Of a DNA stretch of 36,094 nucleotides, positions 19,594 to 32,112 are shown piece by piece. A model generated the notes under the pieces. The model searched no databases, was not told the DNA's origin, and saw nothing but the letters and a program-made list of their open reading frames with translations. The stretch comes from Macrostomum lignano (lineage: Eukaryota): NCBI GenBank assembly GCA_002269645.1, contig NIVC01004754.1:1-36094 (forward strand), given 5' to 3'. Position 1 is the stretch's first letter. Each line of letters starts with the position of its first letter. The position numbers and the translations under genes are program-made.

Positions 19594-22063
19594 CGAGTGG
19601 AACTCCTCCTCTGGAGGAGAAAGGGGAAGAACTCCCATCACCGGAATTCTGAAGGGGAAGAACTCCCATCACCGGAATTCTGAAGGGGAAGAACTCCCAT
19701 CACCGGAATTCTGAAGGGGAAGAACTCCTATCAGCTGAAATTCCATGAATTGAATCCCATCTTCCAAATCATCTCCAAATCCTCTACAATCTATCAACTC
19801 CCATCTCTCATCTCTTGCGCCCTGCGCTCTGATTTTTATTTTTACTCTCTTCTTTCTTCTCACTAATTACTCCTCTCTACACTTTCATCTCTCTCATCTC
19901 TGATCTTTCATCTCTATTCTCCCTCCTCTCTCCCTTCTCTCGCTTCTTTCTCTCCTCTATTCCTACTCTTCTCGCTTATCTCTACTCACTTATCTATCGT
20001 CTCCGCTCTACTTTCTCTCTTCCCTTTTCTCTCTTCTCTCTGCTATCATTTCTCGTATCTCTTATACGCTCTCACCCTCTCCTTTCTTATCTACCATCTT
20101 TCTTCCTTCCTTTCTACTGCATCACCTGTCTCCTCGCCTCTCTTTTCTCTCCTCTCCATTCTCTCTTCTCTCCTCTCATCTTCCCTCATCTCTTCTCTAA
20201 TCTCTAATCTCTCCTCTCTCATATCTCTTCTCTACTCACTTATCTATTCTCTCTCCTCTGCTCCCTTTTTACACTTTCCTATATGCTCTCACTCTCACCC
20301 TCTCCTTTCTTATCTCCTGTTTTTTACACTCCTTTCTACCACCTGTCTCCTCTCGTTTCTCTCCTCTCTGCACTCTCATCTTTACCCTCTTCTTTCTCCT
20401 CACTACTTTCTTCTCTTAAATCTCTGATCTCTGATCTTTCATCTCTCTCCTCTCACCTCTCTCCTCTCTTTCCTCTCTTCTATTGCCTCTGTACGCTCTT
20501 ATCCCTCTTTTCTTCTCTCTCCTGTCTCCTCTCTGCTATCTCATATCTCCTCTCTCATATCCTCTCCCTTCATCTCCTCTCCCCTCTTCTCTTCTCTCTC
20601 CTTCGTTGCCGCCTTACTCCCCTCTTCTCTCCCGTCTGTCATGTCTAATCTCTCCACTCATTTCTACTCTGTTTTCTATCATCTAATCTCTCTTCTCTTT
20701 TCATTATTCTCTTTACTCTCTTCTCTGACTGATTGAAGATGCCAAATCCATCATGATCCTCTCCGCGAAGCAGAAATCTTGTCTGTGCAACTGAAAACCA
20801 TCGAAATCCTCTCCGTGAAACTGGACTCCTTCGAATCCTCTCCTTGAAACTTAAATCCATCAAAATCGTCTCCATAAAACAGAAATCAATCATAAATTAT
20901 CTCCGCGAAACAGAAATCCTCTCCGTGAAGCTGAACATCATCGAAATCCTCTCTTCATGAAACTGAACACTATCGAAATCCTCTCCACGATACAGAAATC
21001 CTCTCCGTCAAAATTAAAACATTGAAATCATCTCCGCTAAACTGGACTCAATAGAATTTTTTTCCGTCAAACAACTCAACTCTCCGGATTCATTGGTTAG
21101 GGTTAGGGTTAGGGTTAGGGTTAGAACTACGCACAGCTTTCTGTTAAGGCACTGATAAAAATATTGAACTAATTGAATCAATTCATTGCGCAACCGATTT
21201 CACAGTCAGTCAGTATCAGTCTCAGTTAAAGTTAACAAAAACATTGCGCAATCTAAATCAACCCTCCAATACACAGCAGCAGTGAGAAGTTGAACCCTCC
21301 CCCAACTTTATCTATTACGTCTCGCAAAACTGAGTACAATTTTTGCAGAAAGTTAAAAGTATGGAAATAGTGTTTTAAATGCTGTGCTTTTTCTTTTCAT
21401 ATTTCAAGCATACAACTTATATCCTCAAACTCTGCGTTGCAAGCTCTTTCCAGCAATATAAGTGTCTCCTCTAAAAGTTTAAAACTCGAGGAACAGTTAG
21501 CGTTTGAAATTTACCGATTTCCCGACTTCTTGCTAGAGAAGCTCGCAAGTTTATTCATTGAATTTCACTGCCAAACTAATACACAGGACTGCCTATGGAA
21601 AAAAGGCGCCAATAATAAAACCAAATGAATCTCGACACAGTCTATCTATTTACACTGTACAACTGCTATGTACACTCAGTCCAAGCCCAACCCCCGTTCT
21701 GGGGGAAGCGTTAAATTTAACTCAACCCCCCAACACGCGGGGGGTTTTATTTGCATTGAACGCAGAACACGCGCACCCACCACCCCTCAATACACAGCGG
21801 CCCGCGGGCGGAGGTTGGGGTGGCTACTTTTACAAACTGGCTGCAGCCCCAGGCAGAGTAGCAAAAGAAGGTTATTGGGGGTCAAGAATGCAGTTTTCTG
21901 CTTTTTTGAGGATCTTAGAAATTAAAATTTCAGAATTAAAATAGCCTATAGCCGACCTCGGATAATTTCCAATCTTCCCATATAAGTTTCAACGCTGAGT
22001 TGGCACTATTCAAGGAGGAGTTGTCGAAATGACAGACAAACAACACGTGAACTTTAGTATATG
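19594..22063 (-). mobile_element. Helitron-like array copy 1 (2470 bp, most diverged, edge copy)
   Basis: Hairpin 19603-19619 with a changed loop; 31-bp internal tandem 19621-19735; TTAGGG x4 at 21097-21120; unique GC-rich segment ~21640-21880. Confidence 0.72.
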
Positions 22064-24275
22064 TAAGTGGAACTCCTCCTTCGGAGGAGAAAGGGGAAGA
22101 ACTCCCATCACCGGAATTCTATTCCCTGAAATATCCATCAACTGAAATTGCATGTCTTCAACCCTATCTTCCAAATCGTCTCCAAATTCTTTACAAAATC
22201 TTTCAAAGACCATAGCTCAAAGACTCTCAAGTCTCTCATATCTCCTCTCTCCTCTCTCTCATCTCATCTCTACCCCTGCTCCCTTATTTATCTCTTCTCC
22301 CTCGTCTTTCGTCTGTACCTTCTCCTGTCTTCTGTCTCCTCTCTTCACTCTTATCTCTCCCTCTTCTCTCCTCTCTCATATGTCATCTCTACTCACTTAT
22401 CTATCGTCTCTCTTAACCCTCTCTCTCTCTTCTCTTTTCTCTTCTCTCTGCTCTCATTTCTCATATTTCATATACGCTCTGACACTACTTTCTTGTCTCC
22501 CATCTTTCTTCCTCCTTTTCACTATCCCCTGTCTCTTCTCCTCTCTCTTTTCTATTCTCTCCATTCTCTCTTTTCTCCTTTCCTTGCTCCTTTCATCTCT
22601 CTCCTCTCTCCTCACTCTCTTCTCCTTTCGCTTCTCTCTCCTCTCTCTCCTCTCATCTTTACTACCTTATTTATATCTTCTCCCTAGTCTTTCGTCTGTA
22701 CTCTCTCCTGTCTCCTCTCTCCCCTCCTCTCTCATCCCTCATCTCCTCATCTCACTCTTTCTTTCTCCTCTACTCTCCCCTCTCTTCTATTGCCTCTGTA
22801 CGCTCTTATCCCTCATCTATTCTCTCTCCGATCATCTCCAATCTGTCATGTCTAATCTCTCCACTCAATTATACTCTGTTTTCTATCATCTCTTCTCTCT
22901 TCTCTTTTCAGTCTTCTCTTTACTCTCTTCTCTGACTGATTGAAGATGCCAAATCCATCAAGATCCTCTCCGCGAAGCAAAAATCCTGTCTGTGCAACTA
23001 AAAACCATCGAAATCCTCTCAGTGAAACTGGACTCCTTCGAAATCCTCTCCTTGAAACTTAAATCCATCAAAATTGTTTCCATAAAACAGAAATCAATCA
23101 TAAATTATCTCCGCGAAACAGAAAGCCTCTCCGTGAAGCTGAACATGATCGAAATCCTCTCCGTGAAACTGAACACCATGGAAATCCTTTCGTGAAACTG
23201 AACATCATCGAAATCCTCTCCACGAAACAGAAATCTTCTCCGTCAGAATTTAAACATTGAAATCGTCTCCGCTAAACTTGACTTAATCGAATTTTTTCCG
23301 TCAAACAACTCAACTCGCCAGATTCATTAGGGCTAGGGTTAGGGTTAGGGTTAGGGTTAGGGTTAGAACTACGCACAGCTTCGTGTTAAAAGGCACAGAT
23401 AAAAATATTGAACTAATTGAATCAATTCATTGCGCAACCGATTTCACAGTCAGTCAGTATCAGCCTCAGGTAAAGTTAACAAAAACATTGCGCAATCTAA
23501 ATCAACCCTCCAATACACAGCAGCAGTGAGAAGTTGAACCCTCCCCCCAACAATCTTTGCAGATTAAAGTACAATCTTTGCAGAAAGTTAAAAGTATGGA
23601 AATAGTTTTTCAAATGCTGTGCTTTTTCTTTTCATATTTAAAGCAAACAACTTATATCCCCGAACTCAGCGTTGCAAGATCTTTCCAGCAATATAAGTTT
23701 CTCCTCTCAAAGTTTAAAACTCGAGGAACAGTTAGCGTTTGAAACTTTCTGATTTAAAGCATTGAAGTATCGAGTGTACGTTCACTGCCTGCTTGCAAGT
23801 TGATGCATTGAATTTCAATGTCCAACAAATACACAGGACTGCCCATTGAAAGGCAGGAAAACTTATCAGTAGCCATATCATTGCGCAATTATCTATAAAG
23901 TCAGCCAGTGAGCCAGGGTCCAAGTGTACACACGCAGCCACTGAGAACGCTCCCACCCCCCACTGGAAAGAAAATACACTACAGAGATAGGGAAAAGTTG
24001 TGGCGCAATCACTAAAAATTCATGCATTTTTCAGCTCCAAGCAGAAAGAGGGGACAATTAAGATTATCAAAGGTCAAGACCGCCGTTTTCTGCTTTTTTG
24101 AGGATCTTAGAAATTAAAATTTCAGAATTAAAATAGCCTATAGCCGACCTCGGATAATTTCCAATCTTCCCATATAAGTTTCAACGCTGAGTTGCCACTA
24201 TTCAAGGAGGAGTTGTCGAAATGACAGACACACAGACAGACAGACAGACAAACAACACGTCAACTTTAGTATTAA
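22064..24275 (-). mobile_element. Helitron-like array copy 2 (type A, ~2212 bp, one internal module)
   Basis: Near-identical to copies 4 and 6; telomeric tract 23327-23362. Confidence 0.75.
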
Positions 24276-26722
24276 CGAGTGGAACTCCTCCTTCGGAGGA
24301 GAAAGGGGAAGAACTCCCATCACCGGAATTCCATTCCCTGAAATCCATCAGCTGAAACTCCATGACTTGAATCCCATCTTCCAAATCGTCTCCAAATTCT
24401 TTACAAAACCTTTGAAAGACCATAGCTCAAAGACTCTCACGTCTCTCATATCTCCTCTCTCCTCTCTTCGCTATTATCGTGACTCTCTTCTCTCTCCTCT
24501 CTCTCATCTCATCTCTACCCCTACTCCCTTATTTATATCTTCTCCCTGGTCTTTCGTCTCTACTCTCTCCTGTCTCATTTCTCCCCTCTTTTCTCCTCTC
24601 TTCTCTCTCCCCTCTCCTCCCTCATCTCTCATCCTTCATCTCACTCTTTCTTTCTTCTCTACTCTCCCCTCTCATCTATTTCCCCTGTACGCTCTTATCC
24701 CTCATCTCTATTCTCTCTCCTATCATCTCTCCAAATTCTTTACAAAACCTTTCAAATACCATAGCTCAAAGACTCTCACGTCTCTCATATCTCCTCTCTC
24801 ATATCTCTTCCCTCATCTCACTCTTTCTTTCTCCTCTACTCTCCCCTCTCTTCTATTTCCTCTGTACGCTCTTATCCGTCATCTATTCTCTTTCCTATTA
24901 TCTCTCTTGTCTCCCTCTGCTATCTCATATCTCCCTCTCATCTCCTCTCTCCTCTTCTCTTCTCTCTCCCTCTTCGTTTCCGCCTTACTCCCCTCTTCTC
25001 TTCCATCGGTCATGTCTAATCTATCCACTCATTTCTACTCTGTTTTATACCATCTCATGTCTCTTCTCTTTTCGATCTTCTCTTTACTCTCTTTTATGAC
25101 TGATTGAAGATGCCAAATCTATCAAGATCCTCTCCGCGAAGCAGAAATCCTCTCCGTGAAACTGAAAACCATTGAAATCCTCTCCGCGAAACAGAAATCC
25201 TCTCCGTGAAACTGAAAACCATCGAAATTATCTCTTTAAAACTGGACTCAATCGAAATTTTCTCCGTCAAAAAGAATAAAATATTAGGATTCATTGGTTA
25301 GGGTTATTGTTAGGGTTAGGGTTAGGGTTAGAGCTACACACAGCTGCGTGTTTAAATAAAAAATTGAGCCAATTGAATCAATTGATTGCGCAACCGATTT
25401 CAAAGTCAGTCAGTATCAGTCTCGGTAAAGTGAACAAAAAGATTGCGAAATTTAAATCAACCCTCCAGTACACAGAGACCGGCCCCTTTTCAATACGCAG
25501 TGGCAGTTAGAAATTTAACCCGGGTGTTGGGGGCATTGAACTAAAAATGAGTACAATCTTTGCAGAAAGCTAAAAGTATGGAAATAGTTTTTGTATGCTG
25601 TGCTTTTAGTCTTTATATTTAAAGCAAACAATTTATATCCTCGAACTCAGCGTTGCAAGATCTTTTCAGCAGTATAAGTCTCTTCTCTTAAAGTTTAGAA
25701 CTCGAAGAGCAGTTAGCGTTTGAAAGTTCCCGTTTTAAAGCATTGAAATATCGAGTGTACGTTCACTGCCTGCCAAAGAGGCTCGCAAGTTTATTCATTC
25801 ATTACACAGGCCGGCTATTACACAGGGCAGCCTATTAAAAGGCACAGATAATGAAAAAAATTGATGTCGCAACCGATTTCACAGTCAGTCATTATCAGTC
25901 TCAGTTAAAGTTAACAAAAACATTGCGCAATATAAATCAACCCTCCAATCCACAGCAGTAGTGAGAAGTTGAACCCTCCCCCCAACTTTATCTATTTCGT
26001 CTCGCAAAACTGAGTACAATATTTGCAAAAAGTTAAAGTATGGAAATAGTTTTTCAAATGCTGTGCTTTTTCTTTTCATATTTAAAGCAAACAACTTATA
26101 TCCCGAACTCAGCGTTGCAAGATCTTTCCAGCAATATAAGTTTCTCTTTTCAAAGTTTAAAACTCGAGGAACAGTTAGCGTTTAAAACTGTCTGATTTAT
26201 TGCATTGAAGTATCGAGTGTACGTTGACTGCCTGCTTGCAAGTTGATGCATTGAATTTCAATGTCCAACAAATACACAGGGCTGCCCATTGAAAGGCAGG
26301 AAAACTTATCAGTAGCCATATCATTGCGCAATTATCTATACAGTCAGCCAGTGAGCCAGGGTCCAAGTGTACACACGCAGCCACTGAGAACGCTCCCACC
26401 CCCCACTGGAAAGAAAATACACTACAGAGATAGGGAAAAGTTGTGGCGCAATCACTAAAAATTCATGCATTTTTCAGCTCCAAGCAGAAAGAGGGGACAA
26501 TTAAGATTATCAAAGGTCAAGATTCAAGTTTTCTGCTTTTTTGAGGATCTTAGAAATTAAAATTTCAGAATTAAAATAGCCTATAGCCGACCTCGGATAA
26601 TTTCCAATCTTCCCATATAAGTTTCAACGCTGAGTTGGCACTATTCAAGGAGGAGTTGTCGAAATGACAGACAGACACACAGACAGACAGACAAACAACG
26701 CGTCAACTTTAGTATATATAGA
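24276..26722 (-). mobile_element. Helitron-like array copy 3 (type B, 2447 bp, two internal modules)
   Basis: Modules ~25350-25830 and ~25838-26280; interrupted telomeric tract 25298-25327. Confidence 0.75.
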
Positions 26723-28977
26723 CGAGTGGAACTCCTCCTTCGGAGGAGAAAGGGGAAGAACTCCCATCACCGGAATTCTATTCCCTGAAATATCCATCAA
26801 CTGAAATTCCATGTCTTTAACCCTATCTTCCAAATCGTCTCCAAATTCTTTACAAAATCTTTCAAAGACCATAGCTCAAAGACTCTCAAGTCTCTCATAT
26901 CTCCTCTCTCCTCTCTCTCATCTCATCTCTACCCCTGCTCCCTTATTTATCTCTTCTCCCTCGTCTTTCGTCTGTACCTTCTCCTGTCTTCTGTCTCCTC
27001 TCTTCACTCTTATCTCTCCCTCTTCTCTCCTCTCTCATATGTCATTTCTCTTACTTATCTATCGTCTCTCTTAACCCTCTCTCTCTTCTCTTTTCTCTCC
27101 TATCTGCTTCTCATTTCTGATATCTCATATACGCTCTGACACTACTTTCTTTCTTGTCTCCCATCTTTCTTCCTCCTTTTCACTATCCCCTGTCTCTTCT
27201 CTTCTCTCTTTTCTATTCTCTCCATTCTCTCTTTTCTCCTTTCCTTGCTCCTTTCATCTCTCTCCTCTCTCCTCACTCTCTTCTCCTTTCGCTTCTCTCT
27301 CCTCTCTCTCCTCTCATCTTTACTACCTTATTTATATCTTCTCCCTAGTCTTTCGTCTGTACTCTCTCCTGTCTCCTCTCTCCCCTCCTCTCTCATCCCT
27401 CATCTCCTCATCTCACTCTTTCTTTCTCCTCTACTCTCCCCTCTCTTCTATTGCCTCTGTACGCTCTTATCCCTCATCTATTCTCTATCCTATCATCTCC
27501 AATCTGTCATGTCTAATCTCTCCACTCAATTATACTCTGTTTTCTAGCATCTCTTCTCTCTTCTCTTTTCAGTCTTCTCTTTACTCTCTTCTCTGACTGA
27601 TTGAAGATGCCAAATCCATCAAGATCCTCTCCGCGAAGCAAAAATCCTGTCTGTGCAACTAAAAACCATCGAAATCCTCTCAGTGAAACTGGACTCCTTC
27701 GAAATCCTCTCCTTGAAACTTAAATCCATCAAAATTGTTTCCATAAAACAGAAATCAATCATAAATTATCTCCGCGAAACAGAAAGCCTCTCCGTGAAGC
27801 TGAACATGATCGAAATCCTCTCCGTGAAACTGAACACCATGGAAATCCTTTCGTGAAACTGAACATCATCGAAATCCTTTCGTGAAACTGAACATCATCG
27901 AAATCCTCTCCACGAAACAGAAATCTTCTCCGTCAGAATTTAAACATTGAAATCGTCTCCGCTAAACTTGACTTAATCGAATTTTTTCCGTCAAACAACT
28001 CAACTCGCCAGATTCATTAGGGTTAGGGTTAGGGTTAGGGTTAGGGTTAGGGTTAGAACTACGCACAACTTTGTGTTAAAAGGCACAGATAAAAATATTG
28101 AACTATTTGAATCAATTCATTGCGCAACCGATTTCACAGTCAGTCAGTATCAGCCTCAGGTAAAGTTAACAAAAACATTGCGCAATCTAAATCGACCCTC
28201 CAATACACAGCAGCAGTGAGAAGTTGAACCCTCCCCCCAACAATCTTTGCAGATTAAAGTACAATCTTTGCAGAAAGTTAAAAGTATGGAAATAGTTTTT
28301 CAAATGCTGTGCTTTTTCTTTTCATATTTAAAGCAAACAACTTATATCCCCGAACTCAGCGTTGCAAGATCTTTCCAGCAATATAAGTTTCTCCTCTCAA
28401 AGTTTAAAACTCGAGGAACAGTTAGCGTTTGAAACTGTCTGATTTATAGCATTGAAGTATCGAGTGTACGTTCACTGCCTGCTTGCAAGTTGAAGCATTG
28501 AATTTCAATGTCCAACAAATACACAGGGCTGCCCATTGAAAGGCAGGAAAACTTATCAGTAGCCATATCATTGCGCAATTATCTATACAGTCAGCCAGTG
28601 AGCCAGGGTCCGATTGTACACAGGCAGCCATTTAGAACGCCCCATCCCCCACTGGAGAGAAAATACACTGCAGAGATAGGGAAAAGTTGTGGCGCAATCA
28701 CTTGAAATTCATGCAAATTTTCAGCTCCAAGCAGAAAGAGGGGACAATTAAGATTATCAAAGGTCAAGATTCAAGTTTTCTGCTTTTTTGAGGATCTTAG
28801 AAATTAAAATTTCAGAATTAAAATAGCCTATAGCCGACCTCGGATAATTTCCAATCTTCCCATATAAGTTTCAACGCTGAGTTGGCACTATTCAAGGAGG
28901 AGTTGTCGAAATGACAGACAGACATACAGACAGACATACAGACAGACAAACAACGCGTCAACTTTAGTATATATAGA
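26723..28977 (-). mobile_element. Helitron-like array copy 4 (type A, 2255 bp)
   Basis: Exact junctions at both ends; (TTAGGG)6 at 28017-28052. Confidence 0.78.
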
Positions 28978-31900
28978 CGAGTGGAACTCCTCCTTCGGAG
29001 GAGAAAGGGAAGAACTCCCATCACCGGAATTCTATTCCCTGAAATATCCATCAACTGAAATTCCATGTCTTTAACCCTATCTTCCAAATCGTCTCCAAAT
29101 TCTTTACAAAATCTTTCAAAGACCATAGCTCAAAGACTCTCAAGTCTCTCATATCTCCTCTCTCCTCTCTCTCATCTCATCTCTACCCTGCTCCCTTATT
29201 TATCTCTTCTCCCTCGTCTTTCGTCTGTACCTTCTCCTGTCTTCTGTCTCCTCTCTTCACTCTTATCTCTCCCTCTTCTCTCCTCTCTCATATGTCATCT
29301 CTACTCACTTATCTATCGTCTCTCTTAACCCTCTCTCTCTCTTCTCTTTTCTCTTCTCTCTGCTCTCATTTCTCATATTTCATATACGCTCTGACACTAC
29401 TTTCTTGTCTCCCATCTTTCTTCCTCCTTTTCACTATCCCCTGTCTCTTCTCTTCTCTCTTTTCTATTCTCTCCATTCTCTCTTTTCTCATTTCCTTGCT
29501 CCTTTCATCTCTCTCCTCTCTCCTCACTCTCTTCTCCTTTCGCTTCTCTCTCCTCTCTCTCCTCTCATCTTTACTACCTTATTTATATCTTCTCCTTAGT
29601 CTTTCGTCTGTACTCTCTCCTGTCTCCTCTCTCCCCTGCTCTCTCATCCCTCATCTCCTCATCTCACTCTTTCTTTCTCCTCTACTCTCCCCTCTCTTAT
29701 ATTGCCTCTGTACGCTCTTATCCCTCATCTATTCTCTCTCCTATCATCTCCAATCTGTCATGTCTAATCTCTCCACTCAATTATACTCTGTTTTCTATCA
29801 TCTCTTCTCTCTTCTCTTTTCAGTCTTCTCTTTACTCTCTTCTCTGACTGATTGAAGATGCCAAATCCATCAAGATCCTCTCCGCGAAGCAAAAATCCTG
29901 TCTGTGCAACTAAAAACCATCGAAATCCTCTCAGTGAAACTGGACTCCTTCGAAATCCTCTCCTTGAAACTTAAATCCATCAAAATTGTTTCCATAAAAC
30001 AGAAATCAATCATAAATTATCTCCGCGAAACAGAAAGCCTCTCCGTGAAGCTGAACATGATCGAAATCCTCTCCGTGAAACTGAACACCATGGAAATCCT
30101 TTCGTGAAACTGAACATCATCGAAATCCTCTCCACGAAACAGAAATCTTCTCCGTCAGAATTTAAACATTGAAATCGTCTCCGTTAAACTTGACTTAATC
30201 GAATTTTTTCCGTCAAACAACTTAACTCGCCAGATTCATTAGGGTTAGGGTTAGGGTTAGGGTTAGGGTTAGAACTACGCACAGCTTCGTGTTAAAAGGC
30301 ACAGATAAAAATATTGAACTAATTGAATCAATTCATTGCGCAACCGATTTCACAGTCAGTATCAGTCTCAGTTAAATTTAACCAAAAGATTGCGCAATTT
30401 AAATCAACCCTCCAGTACACAGAGACCGACCCCTTTTCAATACGCTGTGGCAGTTAGAAATTGAACCCCCATCTGTTGGGGGCATTGAACCAAAAAATGA
30501 GTACAATCTTTGCATAAAGCTAAAAGTATGGAAATAGTTTTTTTGATGCTGCTCTTTTAGTCTTTATATTGAAAGCTAACAATTTATATCCTCGAACTCA
30601 GCATTGCAAGATCTTTTCAGCAGTATAAGTCTCTTCTCTTAAAGTTTAGAACTCGAAGAGCAGTTAGCGTTTGAAAGTTTCCGTTTTAAAGCATTAAAAT
30701 ATCGAGTGTACGTTCACTGCCTGCCAAAGAGGCTCGCAAGTTGATTCATTCATTACACAGGCTGGCTATTACACAGGGCAGCGTATTGAAAGGCACAGAT
30801 AATAAAACAAATTGATGGTGCAACCGATTTCACAGTCAGTCAGTATCAGTCTCAGTTAAAGTTAACAAAAACATTGCGCAATCTAAATCAACCCTCCAAT
30901 ACACAGCAGCAGTGAGAAGTTGAACCCTCCCCCCAACTTTATCTATTACGTCTCGCAAAACTGAGCACAATTTTTGCAGAAAGTTAAAAGCATGGAAATA
31001 GTTTTTTCAATGCTGGGCTTTTTCTTTACACATTTAAAGCAAACAACTTATATCCCCGAACTCAGCGTTGCAAGATCTTTCCAGCAATATAAGTTTCTCC
31101 TCTGAAAGTTTAAAACTCGAGGAACAGTTAGCGTTTGAATTTACCAATTTCCCGACTACTTGCTAGAGAAGCTCGCAAGTTTATTCATTGAATTTCACTG
31201 CCAAACTAATACACAGGGCCGATAATAAAAAATGAACCAATTGAATCAATTGATTGTGCAATATATTTCTGTGTTAGTCAGTATCAGTCTCAGTTAAAGT
31301 TAACAAACAGATTGCGCAATCTAAATCAACCCTCAAATACACACGACCGACCTCCTAACTGTTGGGGGGTCGGTCGAACGCCATTGAAATCCTAAAATGA
31401 GTACAATCTTTGCAGAAAGTTTAAAGTATGGAAATAGTTTTTGCAATGCAGAGCTTTTAGTTTTCATATTTAAAGCAAACAATTTATATCCCTGAAATCA
31501 GCTTTGCAAGTTCTTTCCAGCAATATAAATTTTTTCTCTCAAAGTTAAAAACTCGAGCAACAGTTTGCGTTTGAAACTTTCTGATTTAAAGCATTGAAAT
31601 ATCGATTGTACGTTCACTGCCTGCTAAAGAGGCCCGCAAGTTTATGCATTGAATTTCAAGGTTCAACAAAATCACAGGGCTGCCTATTGAAAATTAGAAC
31701 ACAAATCTTTGCGCAATTGTCTATACAGTCAGCCAGTGAGCCAGGGTCCGATTGTACACATGCAGCCATTTAGAACGCCCCATCCCCCACTGGAGAGAAA
31801 ATACACTGCAGAGATAGGGAAAAGTTGTGGCGCAATCACTTGAAATTCATGCAAATTTTCAGCTCCAAGCAGAAAGAGGGGACAATTAAGATTATCAAAG

Positions 31901-32112
31901 GTCAAGATCGTTTTCTGCTTTTTTGAGGATCTTAGAAATTAAAATTTCAGAATTAAAATAGCCTATAGCCGACCTCGGATAATTTCCAATCTTCCCATAT
32001 AAGTTTCAACGCTGAGTTGGCACTATTCAAGGAGGAGTTGTCGAAATGACAGACAGACATACAGACAGACATACAGACAGACAAACAACGCGTCAACTTT
32101 AGTATATATAGA
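28978..32112 (-). mobile_element. Helitron-like array copy 5 (type B, 3135 bp, three internal modules)
   Basis: Modules start ~30295, ~30789 and ~31211; (TTAGGG)5 at 30239-30268. Confidence 0.78.

Noticed and set aside
26645-26872. Recurrent minus-strand ORF MVFERFCKEFGDDLEDR... in several array copies
   Set aside because: It runs across the element junction into the microsatellite of the next copy, starts at a non-ATG codon, changes frame between copies and matches no Rep/helicase motif I recognise.
28017-28052. TTAGGG tracts as a true chromosome end
   Set aside because: Only 4-6 repeats, internal, and repeated at a fixed position in each unit.
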